Shown here: in pieces, positions 1 to 13,470 of the stretch | How positions within the stretch are numbered: the stretch's first letter is position 1 | Layout: every line of letters starts with the position of its first letter | The notes under the pieces: generated by a model | Told to the model about the DNA's origin: nothing | Database searches by the model: none | The model's input: the letters and a program-made list of their open reading frames with translations, nothing else | Assembly: GCA_036630325.1 (NCBI GenBank) | Contig: CP142734.1 | Location: 372,001-436,000 of the forward strand | DNA length: 64,000 nt | Source: Vairimorpha necatrix | Taxonomy: Eukaryota | Direction: 5' to 3' | Program-made: the position numbers and the translations under genes

Positions 1-199
1 TTCAATGATCTACAATATTAACTAAAAATATTTGATGATTTTTCATAAACAGAATCTTTTCAATAAGCTATTTTGTGAGCTTCCATAAGAGGATAAAAGA
101 AAATGATCAAATTTTAAAATAGAGCTATTTTCTTTATAAAAATTTGATTTTCAAAATTTATACTTGTCTCCATATTTTAAATATAAATGTTTATTGTCT

Positions 200-499
200 T
201 TACACCCCATTTCTTATCTCACAATTACTAAAATGCGCCAGTCCTTCCGTCATTATCTTCATGTCTAAAGATTCCCTCTTGAAGATAATTTCTGCGTTGC
301 TTATTGGCTTGTAATATTTCAGATTAAATCTGAAAATATAATCTAAGAGAAATACAAGGTCATAATTTCTATCTTGTTCTTCATAATCTACCACTGTATT
401 AGGTAGAAGATGTCTGATTCTCTCTTTCAGATCTTCTGATACAATTTTAAGATTGTCTAATATTAAAATACTCTTAGGAATATTTTTAAGTCCAAACAT
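200..499 (-). CDS. Hypothetical 99-aa protein, paralog of 46950..47249
   Basis: Intact ORF; 94/99 aa identical to the second copy; CCCTT precedes the ATG. Confidence 0.75.
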   Translation of the reverse strand: MFGLKNIPKSILILDNLKIVSEDLKERIRHLLPNTVVDYEEQDRNYDLVFLLDYIFRFNLKYYKPISNAEIIFKRESLDMKIMTEGLAHFSNCEIRNGV

Positions 500-997
500 A
501 AGGGCATTTGTTTTTTTTTATATTTCTCATTAAATGCAATTATAAGACACACTACACCATTTTGACACATTGAAACATCTTCTTGTTTTTTTTTCTTCAA
601 AAAATTTTCTGTTTTGAAGACTTAATCATATCATCACAGACAGTCTTTAGATTAGGCATTCTATTAAAAAAATTGATTCCTATTCTAGACAAGAGTTAAT
701 TTAGAAATCTACCTCCATAATCTACATCTTCATCATTATATTCTTTAATAATTTTTGCATCAAAGATATAAATTTTTTCAAATTTAATTTGTCTTTATTT
801 TCTAGTAATAAAATTATTGTTTCAACAAGACTTTTAAAAATGTTTAATAACTTGATCAAGTTTAAAAAATCGTCTTTATTGACATTTGTGGGCTTTACAA
901 ATATCTTAATTGTCTGATTATCGACTTGTGGTTTAGAAAATTTTTTGTACGAACAAACATGTACTGTTAAGACACAAAAGATTAGGATAAAAATCAT
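499..997 (-). pseudogene. Frameshifted copy of the 166-aa membrane-anchored protein gene (47249..47749)
   Basis: Two 1-bp deletions (~606 and ~750); stop TAA changed to TTA; upstream CCC motif lost. Confidence 0.85.
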
Positions 998-1750
998 GAA
1001 AAGATTAGCCCATTGGTTATTGGTAATGCTTAAATGAGCAATGACTGGTCTCGTTTAACAGTACCACCAATATTGTTTTTACTTTGAATGCAGAATGAAA
1101 AACTTGGATGTCGAAAATGTCCACGATATTCATTAAGTAGATTCAATGAAACTTGTGTGTCCAGCTACAAAAGAACATGCATCTAGTGTAAAAACGTACC
1201 ACAAGGCGAAAAAACAGTATCTCTTTTGAGGTGACTAAATAATACATAAAGGTATCTAATAAGTATGGCCTAATTGGAGCAATGGATGGCACTCTAAAGT
1301 GGGAACCTAGAGCTAACTAAGAGACTAGACGAAGTAGGGCAATAGAAGGTCTCGTGGTCCCTATCCTACAAATTCTGTAACACGCTTGAATCTAGTGGAA
1401 GAATGGTGGTCAACGCAGCCCAATAAAAACACAGGGCTTGTGATGTGGTTGTGTAAGGAGCCGTGTGTGCAACACAAATGATTGTAAGGATCTTTGAGTC
1501 AGTACGATGATGTCTCTCCTCGGGTTATAGATAAACATGCCCGTTAAGTATATCCGCTGTGAGGTCACTCTAAACGCAATTAGAGGCATAAATGGGAAGT
1601 GATCTCCTAAAGCCAAAGTCCAATGGATAAGAGGGAGTTTTAGTGAGTAAGATTCTTTCAGTACCAGTTAGATGAGGATCACACCCAAATCCCTCTGGTT
1701 CTTATGCAAGGTTTTTCCCTACCTCTTACTTGCAAGGAAAAAAATTAATG
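998..1750 (+). repeat. Decayed coding relic of an unidentified dispersed family, copy A
   Basis: Aligns by eye with 17535-18050 (opposite strand) and 50629-50826; shared peptides SPRVI, SPxAKV, WFLC...PYL with synonymous third-position changes. Confidence 0.65.
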
Positions 1751-2201
1751 TAAAAATGTCACTAGGCTTATAGTGAAGTTGAACATTTTAAAAGAAGCCA
1801 CCCTTTATTATTACAACTTTTTTTTGCAATTAATTTTTCTAATAAATAAATGATAATTTTTTCACTCATAACATGTTTTTAATAAAAAATTTTGTGTATT
1901 GTATTAATTTGAACTTTAATGAATACATAAGATATATAGTTTTTTAGAATTCGATAATTACACATTTGTAACACCTCCAAATGATATGTTAGAGGCAGAC
2001 CACGATGAAATTCAATAACAATTCAAATGAGAAGCTTTGAAAATTAGAACTACTAGCGATTTCAATTTCAAATAAAAAAAAATTTGTGGTATAAATAGTG
2101 AGTTAAATGATTATTATTTTTTTTAAAGAAACGAGGAAAGCGTATTTATGTAAAGACTATAACTAACCAATTGAATTAGACTTAATTGTATTAGATACAT
2201 T

Positions 2202-2855
2202 GGTACATGACCGTTTGGAACCCGCTTTGGGAAAATGAACCCGCAGTGAATTTTTAAAGGACCCCCCTTTAAAAAAATGGCAAAATTGGCAAAAACAATG
2301 TTTGTTGAGGCAGATGAGGTTTTTAGTAATGAAATGTATTCATACATGGAATATTAAGGTAAATTTATTTTGGAAACATTTGATGCTGAATCACCGTGCG
2401 CCTTGCTCGTTTCTAAAACTAGTAGAAATACTGCTTTTTTCTTGAGGTAATACAAGAAAATGTATAACCTGTTCTATTATGATCTCTAATCAATGATAGC
2501 ATATGATGCCACATTAGCTAAGCAAAGGGATGGAGCACAGTACTAAGAATCATTCCATAAATGCTATAACCTCTAGCGATTCTGAGTCACAACACCATAT
2601 AATTTAGTCGGTTTTGCCTCATTTCGATAAGAGATATTCGATCTTAACATAAACAAAGAAGAACACTATGAGTACATTTTACAGTTCCTCTGGCCTTTTC
2701 AAATTCCTGGAAAATAACCGGAAAAATTGTCTTCTCTCCTTATTCAAATTAAATCGTTAAGTTCCTTTTTTATAATTTCTTTTTATTTTTCCCTTTTTTG
2801 AATTTTTTCAATGCGGGTTCATTTTCCCAAAGCGGGTTCCAAACGGTCATGTACC
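2202..2855 (+). mobile_element. Non-autonomous Merlin (IS1595/IS1016-like) DNA transposon
   Basis: ~44-bp TIR GGTACATGACCGTTTGGAACCCGCTTTGGGAAAATGAACCCGCA; 8-bp TSD GATACATT; internal DDE remnant. Confidence 0.9.
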
Positions 2856-3093
2856 GATACATTTGATCCTAAAGACCAAGATAAAAAATCTCATCAAAAA
2901 ATTTAAGAAATGAAGCACGCAACAAAAAGCATTATAAATTCTAATTCTAGCATCTTTTGTGTTCTACTAAAATAAGAAAAAAATCCGAATAAGAGAATAA
3001 AATCAATCATTTTTCTAGAGAATAAAATGGGGGTAAAGAATCACTAAAAACTAATAGTTTGCGTTTTGTAAATTGTATTAAATTCGTTTAAAA

Positions 3094-3736
3094 GGTTCAT
3101 GACCGTTTGTAACTCCCATTGGGAAATGAATTCGCTCTAAAAATTTTCAGGACTCCCCTAAAAAATGGCAAATTTGGCAAAAATAATGTTTGTTTAGGCA
3201 GATGAGCTTTTAGTGATAAGATGAATTTGAACATGTAAAAAAAATAAAAGGTTTATTTTGGAAACATTTGATGCTGAAACGGTGTGCGCCTTGCTCGTTT
3301 CTTTAACTAGTAGAAGTACTGCAATTTTCTTGAAATAATACAAGATAATGTATAAACTGTTTCTATTATGATCACTAATCAATGGATAGCATATGAGGCC
3401 AAATTAAACAAACAAAGGGTTGAAGCACAGGACCGTGAATCACTTCATCAGTGCTGTAAACTCTAACGATTTTGAGACACAATCCTAAATATTTAACTTG
3501 TTTTTGCTCATTTTTTTAAAAAAATATTCGATCTAGATATGAATTAAGCCAGGACGAATACCATGAACTACCTTATACAATTCTTCTGGGCTCCTCAAAT
3601 CCCCTAAAATCAACGGATAAATCGTCTTCTTTCATTATTTAATATAAATTGTTAAGTCTCTTTTTTTATTTTCTCTTTTTTGAATTTTCAAAGCGGGTTC
3701 ATTTATCCAAAAGCAAATTACAAACGGCCATGTACC
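3094..3736 (+). mobile_element. Older second copy of the same non-autonomous Merlin family
   Basis: Colinear with 2202-2855; degenerate TIRs; TSD not recognisable. Confidence 0.8.
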
Positions 3737-3913
3737 GATAAAATGTTGTAATAATGTACAGGAAAATGCTTTTACACTATGTAGGTATGCTACTAAATTA
3801 TAAACGAAACAATTGCCAGAGTTTATAAATTAGATGACTTAAGATTTCTTTGGATATCCGAATTATAGTAACTTAATTTATAAGAAAATTTAAATTATTT
3901 GTAATTTATTATA

Positions 3914-6900
3914 TGTATTTATTTATCATAATTGGGGATCAAAAATATAGGAAATATAACATCCCCCCTCCAAGACGGTTAGTCTCCTACATCACCATTG
4001 ACCCTAAGCAGATTTTTCAAGTCATAATTTCTCTTTTTAACATATCGCCCATTAGATAGCTTCACAACATACGAGTCCCCAGGGCATACCACCATTATAA
4101 TACCTTCGTCTAAAAACCTTCCCTTTTCATATAAATTACATCCTTTGATGTTTTCTTTCTTAGGTATCCTTACTCGTTGTCCTTAAATAAACCGCTCTCT
4201 ATATCTTCTAACAAATCTTTTACTTTAGTCTCCTTCCGATCCATTTAATATCATCACTTTCCTCGTACTGTCTTTTACCGCTTCATTAAAAGTACTTCTA
4301 ATACCTTCATGGTATTTATTATTATAAATTTTAAAGCTATCCATCACTATGTCTTCAAAACTCGCCGTCTTTTTGCTCATTTTCAATATTAGCTCTCTCA
4401 GCGTTCCTATAACTCTTTCAACTCTACCATTGCTTCTATGAGACTCGACACTCGCCTTATTATGGGTAATATCCAATTTTCTATACAAATCCTTAAAGTC
4501 AACATTATCAAATTCCTTCCCATTATCCGTTATTATTTCCTCCGGTCTCCTGCCATTTCTACATAAGTATTCAATAAACTGGGCCACAGAGGATCTCTTC
4601 TTATAGTATAATACACATCCCCACGCTATCCTCGTATGGTAATCTATCGCAACTAATACATATTTGCCCTTATCTTTAAAATCAATCAAATCTAACGCTA
4701 CTTTTTCTAGATACCTGCTTGTAGCAACAAAATCACATCCTCCAGACTTTTTCCTATTATAAATTTGACAAACCTCGCACCTTTTTATCATTTTCCCTAT
4801 ATCTTCTTTTATTCCTGGCCAATAATAATCAAACTTCATGGCATAATACATGCTTCCTAGTCCTCTGTGTCCATGCTCTTCATGATACGTCTATAAGCTC
4901 ATCTCTTTCTTCTATTTTAGGAATCAATGCTTTCCTCCCCGAATCAAATTTAAAGTATTCTTTACCGTCTATTATCTCGACGTGCTTCAACCATTTACCT
5001 TCAGTTTGGCGCTCACTTCTTTTTTTAATCATTTCTTTTCTCGGATCAACCTCCTAGTGTATGCTACTCAAAGCATCCGCCACGACCATATGTTCTGGTT
5101 TCCTGTAATCTATTTCAAAGTCAAACTCTTGGTTCTTTCAATCCATCGATTAATTCTATTATTATTACAACAAGGCCTTTTTCTTATCTCCGTCAATGCT
5201 TTGTGATCCGTTTCTACTTTAAATTTTCGTCCTCTTAACTCATACTCAAATATCTTTAGTCCCCAATATATAGCATACATTTCTTTTTCACTTATACCAT
5301 ATCAAGTTTCCGTCGGGGTGAATTTCTTCGATGCCCATTGTACTGGCACCCACTCTTCTTTATCATTCTTCTGCATGAGTACTGCGCCCATTCTTATATT
5401 GCTCGCGTCAGTTCTTAATAAAAATTCCTTGTCATAGTTTACAATTTTCAACTTACTCATACTTCTTAACGTTTCATTCATATTTTCGAACTCTTTATTT
5501 AAGTCATCAGTCCAATTCAGCACTTTACTTTTACCTTTCAAACTTTCAGTCATATATAATGTCTTCTCCGCATAATTCTTAATAAATCGTCGAAAACATC
5601 CACTCAGTCCTAAGAAACTTCTTATTTCAGTCACATTCTGCGACGTTAAAACTCTAGTGCTATATTTTTCTCGATTTTAGACGGCGTCATATCATATCCG
5701 TTTGTTGTAACTCCCAATAACTAAACTTCCTTTTGGCAATACTAAATTTTCTTTGAATTTATGTGCATACCATTCCGTGCTAATAATTCCATCGCTTCTA
5801 AAAAAAAATTTATCATATCCTTTTCTAGTCTTCGCATGGTTACTATATCGTCCATGTATACTTCTATTTACCACCCAAATGTTTTTCAAAAATCTTGTTC
5901 ATAATTCTCTGCGTGATCTATACGAGTTTTTAAACCCCATAAACATAATATTTTACTCATATACTATCTTATCATACTCAAATGCAGTCTTATGCTTATA
6001 TTGCTCTTCTATTTCAATTCCATAAAAAGCCTCCTTAAGGTCTATAACGCTGAAAAACTTCGAACCTTGGGAATCCTTATGATATAATTAATGTTCACAA
6101 ATTCATTTGGGTCTTTTCTCCACTGAATCATTTAATGCCATGAGATTGCTAACCAGTCTTATACTTCTATCTGGCTTAATTAAAGCTTTACTCGGATTTC
6201 TCCATTCCGACGTCGATCTTCTTATGACATTCCTTGTCTCTAACTTCTGAATATATTTTCTCAGCTCTTCTTTATGCGCTTGTGGCACCTGATGACCTTT
6301 CCTTACAACTTTCTTACCTTCTTCGGTTCTAATTCTGCATTTTTCAATTTTACAAAATCTAATTTTCTCTTGCTCGTTGTCTATAACGTTCCTAAAGCTC
6401 TTTCTCATGTCTTCTAATGTTACTCCGTTCTTTTCTACCTCATCATAGCATCTTTTATTTCTTGTCTTCCATTCTTGTTTCTTTTGTCTTTTCTCATCCC
6501 ATGCGTTCCTATACGTCCTTTAATCACAGCTACTGCTACCTTCATCTTTAATCTTCTCACATTCGTCTTTATTCTTAACATTTCTACATCTATAATAGCA
6601 AATATTGCTCTTATGTTCTATTCTTGAACAATTATAACATCTCATTCTTCTTCTTTTCTCAAATATTCTTTCATCTCTACTAGTATTTATAATCTCCTCT
6701 GCCACCATCTTTGTGACCTCCTCAATCATCCTTTCCTTTTCCTTCTGTACTTTAACCAATTCCTCTAATTTGGTTTCCATAACTTTCCAATGATCTCTGG
6801 CGTGTTTACCGGGAAGCTTGCCTGTGGCAAGAAAGCATTCAATGATGCTACGGTTTGGGGAGCCGTGAAAACCGGAGTTAAAAGAGTTAGAGTGAATAGA

Positions 6901-7392
6901 TTGTTTATTGTTATGAAAAGAGTTTGGCTTATCTGATTTGTAGAAGGAAGAGTGTTTGTTTGCGTTCTGATGTTGTACCATGTTTGTTTATGGAATTTCT
7001 TTATTTATATACATGGCAACCAATAGGAAGAAATAAGATTTGGCTGACCAATAATAGTCGACCATAACTGATCGTTCCGAAGAAGCATCAGCGTTTAAGT
7101 ATTAATTGGTTTTTAACAATCATGTGGTATGATCCATTATACCACAATCTCCAATCTTAATATTCTTAACCATGAATTCTTTCAACTCTTCAGTTCCAAG
7201 ATCAAAAATCTCCTTCTTTACATTATTCTAAATATCATAATCAGACAATACTAGTCCATAAACAATCCTCTTAAGCTCTTCTCATAACCTTCTGGCCTCT
7301 TGATTCAGCCAACACTTGTTAGCTCACAATTCGGTATCGCCCCCATGCATTATTTTTCAAATAGGGTTTCAAAAATATAAGAATATATAACA
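3914..7392 (-). mobile_element. Degenerate Ty3/Gypsy LTR retrotransposon with ~47-48-bp LTRs
   Basis: Gag CX2CX4HX4C knuckle (6520-6981), RT (6408-5692), RNase H TDAS (5302-5634), integrase (4225-4851); LTRs 7346-7392 and 3914-3961; PBS-like TGGGGGCGA; PPT GAGGGGGGA; many stops and frameshifts. Confidence 0.9.
4225..4851 (-). pseudogene. Gypsy integrase core fragment
   Basis: CEVC, VALDL, ITDNGKEF, SNGRVERVIGTL motifs. Confidence 0.9.
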
Positions 7393-7994
7393 TGTATATA
7401 AGCACATTCTAATAGAAACGGTAAAGTATCTGAAAAAACATAAAAATTCATAATTACAACATAAGGATTTATTCTTAATTAAAAATATCTTAATAAATGA
7501 ATTTACGAGCTTACAAGCAAAAATAAAAAATTAAAAGCAAAGTCACAAATTTTATAAATAAAATAAACAAAATTGACCACATTGGCAAAGAAGTTAAAGA
7601 AGTAGTAAAAAAATGTATAGTAAATTGATATTTAACAAAACATAGTCCACATTATAAAATATATCACTATTACGAAAGACATGAAAAAAAAATCTATTTA
7701 ACCCTATGAAATGATTTTTTTAATTTAAGAGAATTTAATATTTGTTAATTTTCTTTGAGATTTAAAAGAATAGTAATTCAACAAAAAATAAAAATGTTCA
7801 AAATATTTATATTAATATATTTCTATTCAAATCGAGAACAAATCAATCTTAAGTACAACTTATGTATGAATGAAGTTGTATATTTCAGAATCCATATATT
7901 ATATAATAATACTACAGAAAACGATAATTTTTTACTTCTTAAAACTGTTTTATATGATCACATGGTATTTGAAGAAAAATTTGCAAATATATAG

Positions 7995-10900
7995 TGTCGT
8001 ATCCGCCTATAAATATTATATATAATCAACCAAAGCAATTTAAAATAATAAAGCATTAGGCATGAGACAGCGATAAAAACTGTTGGCTGCTTCAGTAAGA
8101 TATGGAAGTGATTATAAATACATTTTTGCTGACAGAACATACACGGAGAGGGTGATGGAACTGACAGAATATCAGACCGCCAGACTTATCTGCCCGGGTC
8201 TACGGGGACGACTTATTCATGGATAGCCATGGCATTTGAACAATCGTCCGAACTTGATCTGGCAGTGGTTACTAAAGTCTGAAATCGAGATTTTACAGTT
8301 CACAGAAAACTTTGGTCACTCTAGACGAGTTTGTTAAAACGCAAAAATTTGGTAAACTAGAGACTTTCATAGACATCTACAGGAAAGGAAACACTCTTAT
8401 AAGCAACAAACAATGGAGTACCAAGCAGTCGGCCATATAATAATCAAGAAGGCACCTTTAGCCCTCAAATCAATTCTTTATGATTTTGCTAGTCAATGCC
8501 AAGATTGGAGTGAATTCCTGAGGCGCACAGAGGAAGTTGCTTGGATAGCATTCCATATAAAAAGTAAGCAGACTAAGATGGACGAGATTCCAGATAACAG
8601 GTCTTTGAAGGTCGTACCAGCGAAGAGAGAAGTATATCTAAACCAAAGAAAACTACAAGATCAACAGCTGTTCCACTAACCCCTGCTATAAAAAAGTAAA
8701 ATTAAATCGTAAACTAAATCAAGCATTAAAAAAACCGGAGCCGATGTCCTCTTGATACCTGCAAGATTCCTCAAAAAGACAAATATCTGATTGACTAGAT
8801 CTTAAACGATCATACGAACAGCCTCAGGGATACCACTTGAGATTTCAGAAAGATGTAATGATAAAAATATAGGGCAGGAGACGCTTTAATTACTTTTAGC
8901 CCGACCGTCACAGAACGGACACCGGACTACATAATCTTAGGAGATGACGCTATACGGACGAACCCCATATTACTTGAACAACTGATCACTAAAGTCGCCG
9001 ATATTGTTAAAGAAGCCTCCCTTGATTAACAAAGTCAATTACATCTCAATCGAAGAGAAATACCACGACATGTTCAAAACTGAAATTTACTTTTACTTTG
9101 TAACAAGAGGAAGCATCAAATCGAGACAACAGTAGCGAAGGCAATTTTAAAAAAGCGGAAGATCCTCTGCAAAAATGAAGAGGAAATCACACAATAGATC
9201 AAGAAGAACTTGGAGATGGGGGTTAAGAAATTTAAGAGCCCTGGTAACAGTAGAGTTGTTCCAGTAACGAAACCTGATGGGTCGATCAGGCCTAGTCTAG
9301 ATTACAGAGAGCTCAACAAGATAACAGTATAAGATAAATACCCCTCCCACATATTTACCAATTCTGGACGATCTAGCTGACGCGTCTACCTTCTTGACAT
9401 CAGGTGCTACGTCAGGATATTATCAAGTATCCCTTGAAGAAGTAGACAAGAGAAGACAGCATTCAGCTTGAAAGGAGGACTTTGATTTTAACAGAATGCC
9501 GTTTAGGCTATGTAGTGCCTCAGCTACTTTTCAGGGAACTATGATAAGATCTTTGTGAAAGAAAACAGAAAATTCGTCATACCATACTTGGATTACATTA
9601 TTATCTATTCTGATTATCATTAAGAACACCATGAACACTTATAATCGTATTGAATAAGCCTAAGGCAGCAGGATTCGCCATAACAGGAAGAAATTAAAAT
9701 TCTAGGGTTTATAGTAAAAACAAGACGATCAAACCAGACCCAGAAAAGGTCAAAGCATAAAGGAATATACGGAGCCGACGAATATTCCTCAACTACGGTC
9801 GTTTTCTTGGCTCATAAATTACTGTAGAGAGTTCATCACATCTTGTAAGCGATGCAACCCCTTTATAAGAACTGTTTAAAGGAGAGTCAAAACGAAGTGT
9901 TAAGAGTATTTCTCTCGGTAAAAAAGCGAAACAGGCATTTGAACATCTAAAGAGACTGCTCACAGAAGAGACAATAAGATACAAGATTGATCTCAAGAAA
10001 CCGTATATTTTGACTACGGATGCGTCGGAGCAGAAAATGGGCTCAATCCTCTCACAGATTGGAAATTATGGGAAGATCACTTAGTAAGTGCATTCAGCAA
10101 AAGTTTAGAGAAAGCACATAAGAATTACTCTCCTACAGACTTAGAGCTCTTGGCCGTATTAAAAGATATCGAGAACTATAAACACTTTTTTCCTAGGCAT
10201 AGAGTTTATACTAAAGACGGACCACAAAGCACTGACTTATTGATGGAAAGCCAAGAACCCGATCAGTAGATTGCTGAGATGGGGTGAAGTTGCAGGAGTA
10301 TGCATTTCAATCAACCTACATAAAAAGAGGTTCAGCGGAGAGACGGGTTAAGCAGACGAACGTTGACAGAGAAAGATATAAATAACATCGAAGCTATAGG
10401 ACCAAGCGGTGAAGACAGAAAGAAGATCTTAAAATCCTACAATCTGACGTTGGACGTACTAGCGCCAGTACGATGAGCTTCATGATTTTCAGAGGCACAA
10501 ATGAGCAGGAATACATAATGACATCAAGGAACAAGTAGAAAAAAGTAAAACGTGCTTGAAATCGAGATGCCTATTACAAACACAAAAAAACAAAGTCGTA
10601 CATCAGAAACCGAACCAAACATGGGCGATAGATCTCATAAGGCGAATCTGCGACCCTTCTGGCCAAAACAGCTTTATATTCATTACTATTGGCCACTACT
10701 CTAAATGGGTCGAGACAACCGTGATTTACCATAAAATAGGGTCGACAATAACGGGAATAATTTAGAATTGATTATCGAGAAACATGGCATTCCGAAAGAA
10801 TCTTGATTCACAAAGGGCCAAAATTTATAAATTCTGACATCAAAGGCCTGGCCGAAAAGAACGGTATTGACTGACAATACAGTTCACCAGAACATCACGG

Positions 10901-11928
10901 AACTGTAGGCGCAGTAGAAAGAAAACATCAGACGTTAATGAAACTACTAAATAAACTGACAAATTTCGGAAGGTTAACCCTTCTTTGCATGGTGATGGAA
11001 ATTTCCATCATAATATTTAGTCAACAAAAAAAGGTACTCAAAACCCTTGTACTGTAAATTTGTTGTTTCTGGCAACATTTTAGGCGACTATTGCGTACAA
11101 CAAAACTCATTTGTCAAAAAAAAACAAACGTCACTGTCAATTACCAGGCCTAGAACTTGTCATTCCGCTGTTTGTTGTGACTGGAAAAAAGGAGCGAGAT
11201 TTTAGTTTGTTTTATGGAAATAAACAGATATATAAAATACAGTAAAAGTTGAAATAAGGTTTGTTTTCATGTTTTTGTTGTTTTATGTACAATTTATATC
11301 AAAACACTGTAAAAAAATTTCTCAAAACTATGTGATGGAAATTTACATCTATATGCAGTAATTTCTTAATCTGGAGCATTAATTACATCACCCTGATTAA
11401 TTTAAAAAAATAAGAAATATCATGCAAAGAAGGGTTAAGCTGTAAGAACAAACTTGCGGAAGCCGCGAGATGCATCAACCTGTCCTATAATCGGAGCATA
11501 GGAACATCCCCGTCTATGTTAAGGGAGAATAAATTGCCGATGCTGCCTTTAAAGAAGGCGCTAGACAAAGAATAAGTGACATATTCAGCGGAGGAAACAA
11601 AGAGCAAGCGCGATGAAAACTTCGAAAAGCACAAAAAAACAATCTTGAAATGGAAACTAGAGGTGACGGCAAAGCTAAACGTTGGCGATAAAGTTTTAAT
11701 TTATCGTGAGACCAAAAGCGGAAGTTCAAGTGCAATTGGGAAGATGGATATGTGATCATAGAAATAATTTTACCCAATGCCTTTATGGTAAAAAAGAATG
11801 GAAAAGTATACATGCTTAACAAAGCACGAGTTAAAGCAGATGCTTCAATTAACGGGTAGAGCTGTCGTATCCACCTATAAATATTATATGTGCTCAATCC
11901 CTGCAATTCATTAGTATAGCATTTGACA
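7995..11928 (+). mobile_element. Degenerate Ty3/Gypsy element with ~66-68-bp LTRs
   Basis: LTRs 7995-8062 and 11863-11928 (TGTCGTATCC...); TGTC/GACA termini; 5-bp TSD TATAG; remnants of gag, RT (YLDYIIIYS), RNase H (TTDAS) and integrase (WAIDL). Confidence 0.9.
10978..11434. mobile_element. piggyBac-type non-autonomous element inserted in the Gypsy integrase
   Basis: TTAA on both sides; 14-bp TIR CCCTTCTTTGCATG; subterminal repeat GTGATGGAAATTT. Confidence 0.9.
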
Positions 11929-12479
11929 TATAGCATATAAGAAATGATATCTGTGTAAAAATTTCCCACAAAAAGCGTGTAAACGTGAAAAAATAACCAC
12001 TTTTTGTGTTTTTTCAACCAATATGCTTGAAATAATATCACTCAAAAGTTTTTTATTTTTTGTATGTTTAAATTTTAAATGCATGATTCTGTATATTTGC
12101 CTTCAAAGAGGGGTTTTCCTAGGATAACTTTGAAAAAAGAAAAAAAATTCTAAGAAAAATTACTTATAAATACGCACGATAATTAATTCGAAACTTATAC
12201 ATAATTTCGTTGTAAAATATTATATATTAAGCTTAAGCACATTTTTCATATGTGTAATAAAATCATTTTAATGTAAATTACATTTTTTAAAATTTTATTC
12301 ATAAATTTTTATTGATAAAATTTTTGTCACGGAATACAAAGAATTTTTTTTTATAATCTAATAGACCGTTTAATGTATAAGTTAGACGATCGTGAATTTA
12401 GGTTTTTTTTATATCTAATAAAGCAAATGATCCTAAGTACATTACTTTTGTATACATCTAATTCCATTATTTATAGTAC

Positions 12480-13470
12480 GTAAGTATATAAATCCCATAA
12501 AGGACAAATTAATTAAAATAAATTTGTTTCTATGTTTATATATATAAGTCTATGCAATGTATCTGTGCCCACTGTGGTATAAAAATGGTCTTTAAGCAAA
12601 TTTGTCATTTTTAATCCTTGAAAATGAAATGTCGAGAGGATGAGCTCATGAACATATATACAACAACAATATAAAAAAAGACTGTAAAGTGTAAAAAATG
12701 CATCACTGATTGTAAAACAACTATAAAATAAAATTTGTAGCCATAAGTGTTTGGGAGCTTGTAGAATCAAAGTGTTATTATAAAAGACAAATCATTTTAT
12801 TACAAGAAAACAAGTATTTTAGATATTTTATTAGTAATATAATATAATATTGTAAAGTTTAACAGATCGCCATAAAAAAATTCCTGTGTACTGTAATAAA
12901 TGTATACAACATATAATCAAAAAAAAAATTTTTTGTGGAAAACAAAGTTTATAATTTAACTGGTAAAATATAAGGAACAGTAATAATATTAAAAACAAAT
13001 TAAAGCAATTTTGTAAAGTTAAATACAACAAAGGAACCGTTGCGATGGGGTATAAGGGGTTGGGATGGTTATAAGAATCATACAAAAAAGAAAATAATGA
13101 TTTCTGTATATAACAGAAAAGTTAACACTCTAAAAAATTCGTGAAAATTTATGTATACTAAAAATCAATAGTACATAGTGACTGCTTAAGTCTTGAAATA
13201 TTTTAAAAGACTACTTTTTTGAGTTGTAAACTGTTGATCATCTACTTGAATTTGTAAACAATTCTAATAGCTGTCATACTATAGCTATTGAAGAAAAATG
13301 GATTGGAGTAAAAAATGAAACTACAGCAAGATACAGAACAAGAACACTGATTACTGACCAATAAAAAAGATTTATGTTAAGAAGAAACTTTAGGAGTGAT
13401 TTGATTACAAATATTATTAAATTAATTTGCTCTTTCTTTTTTTCGTTTTGACATTCCAAAAAGGGTATTT
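12480..13470 (-). pseudogene. Decayed hydrophobic, probably multi-pass membrane gene; paralog of ~58780-59740
   Basis: Colinear similarity with the second copy (e.g. AAAGTTTAACAGA, AGAACAAGAACACTGATT); many stops; CCC motif at the 5' end; ends approximate. Confidence 0.55.

Larger units (their letters stand above)
1..997. repeat. Duplicate of 46747-47749 (two-gene block); runs off the left window edge
   Basis: Near-identical sequence from TTCAATGATCTACAATATTA to ...AAAATCAT; similarity stops at 997/47749. Confidence 0.95.
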
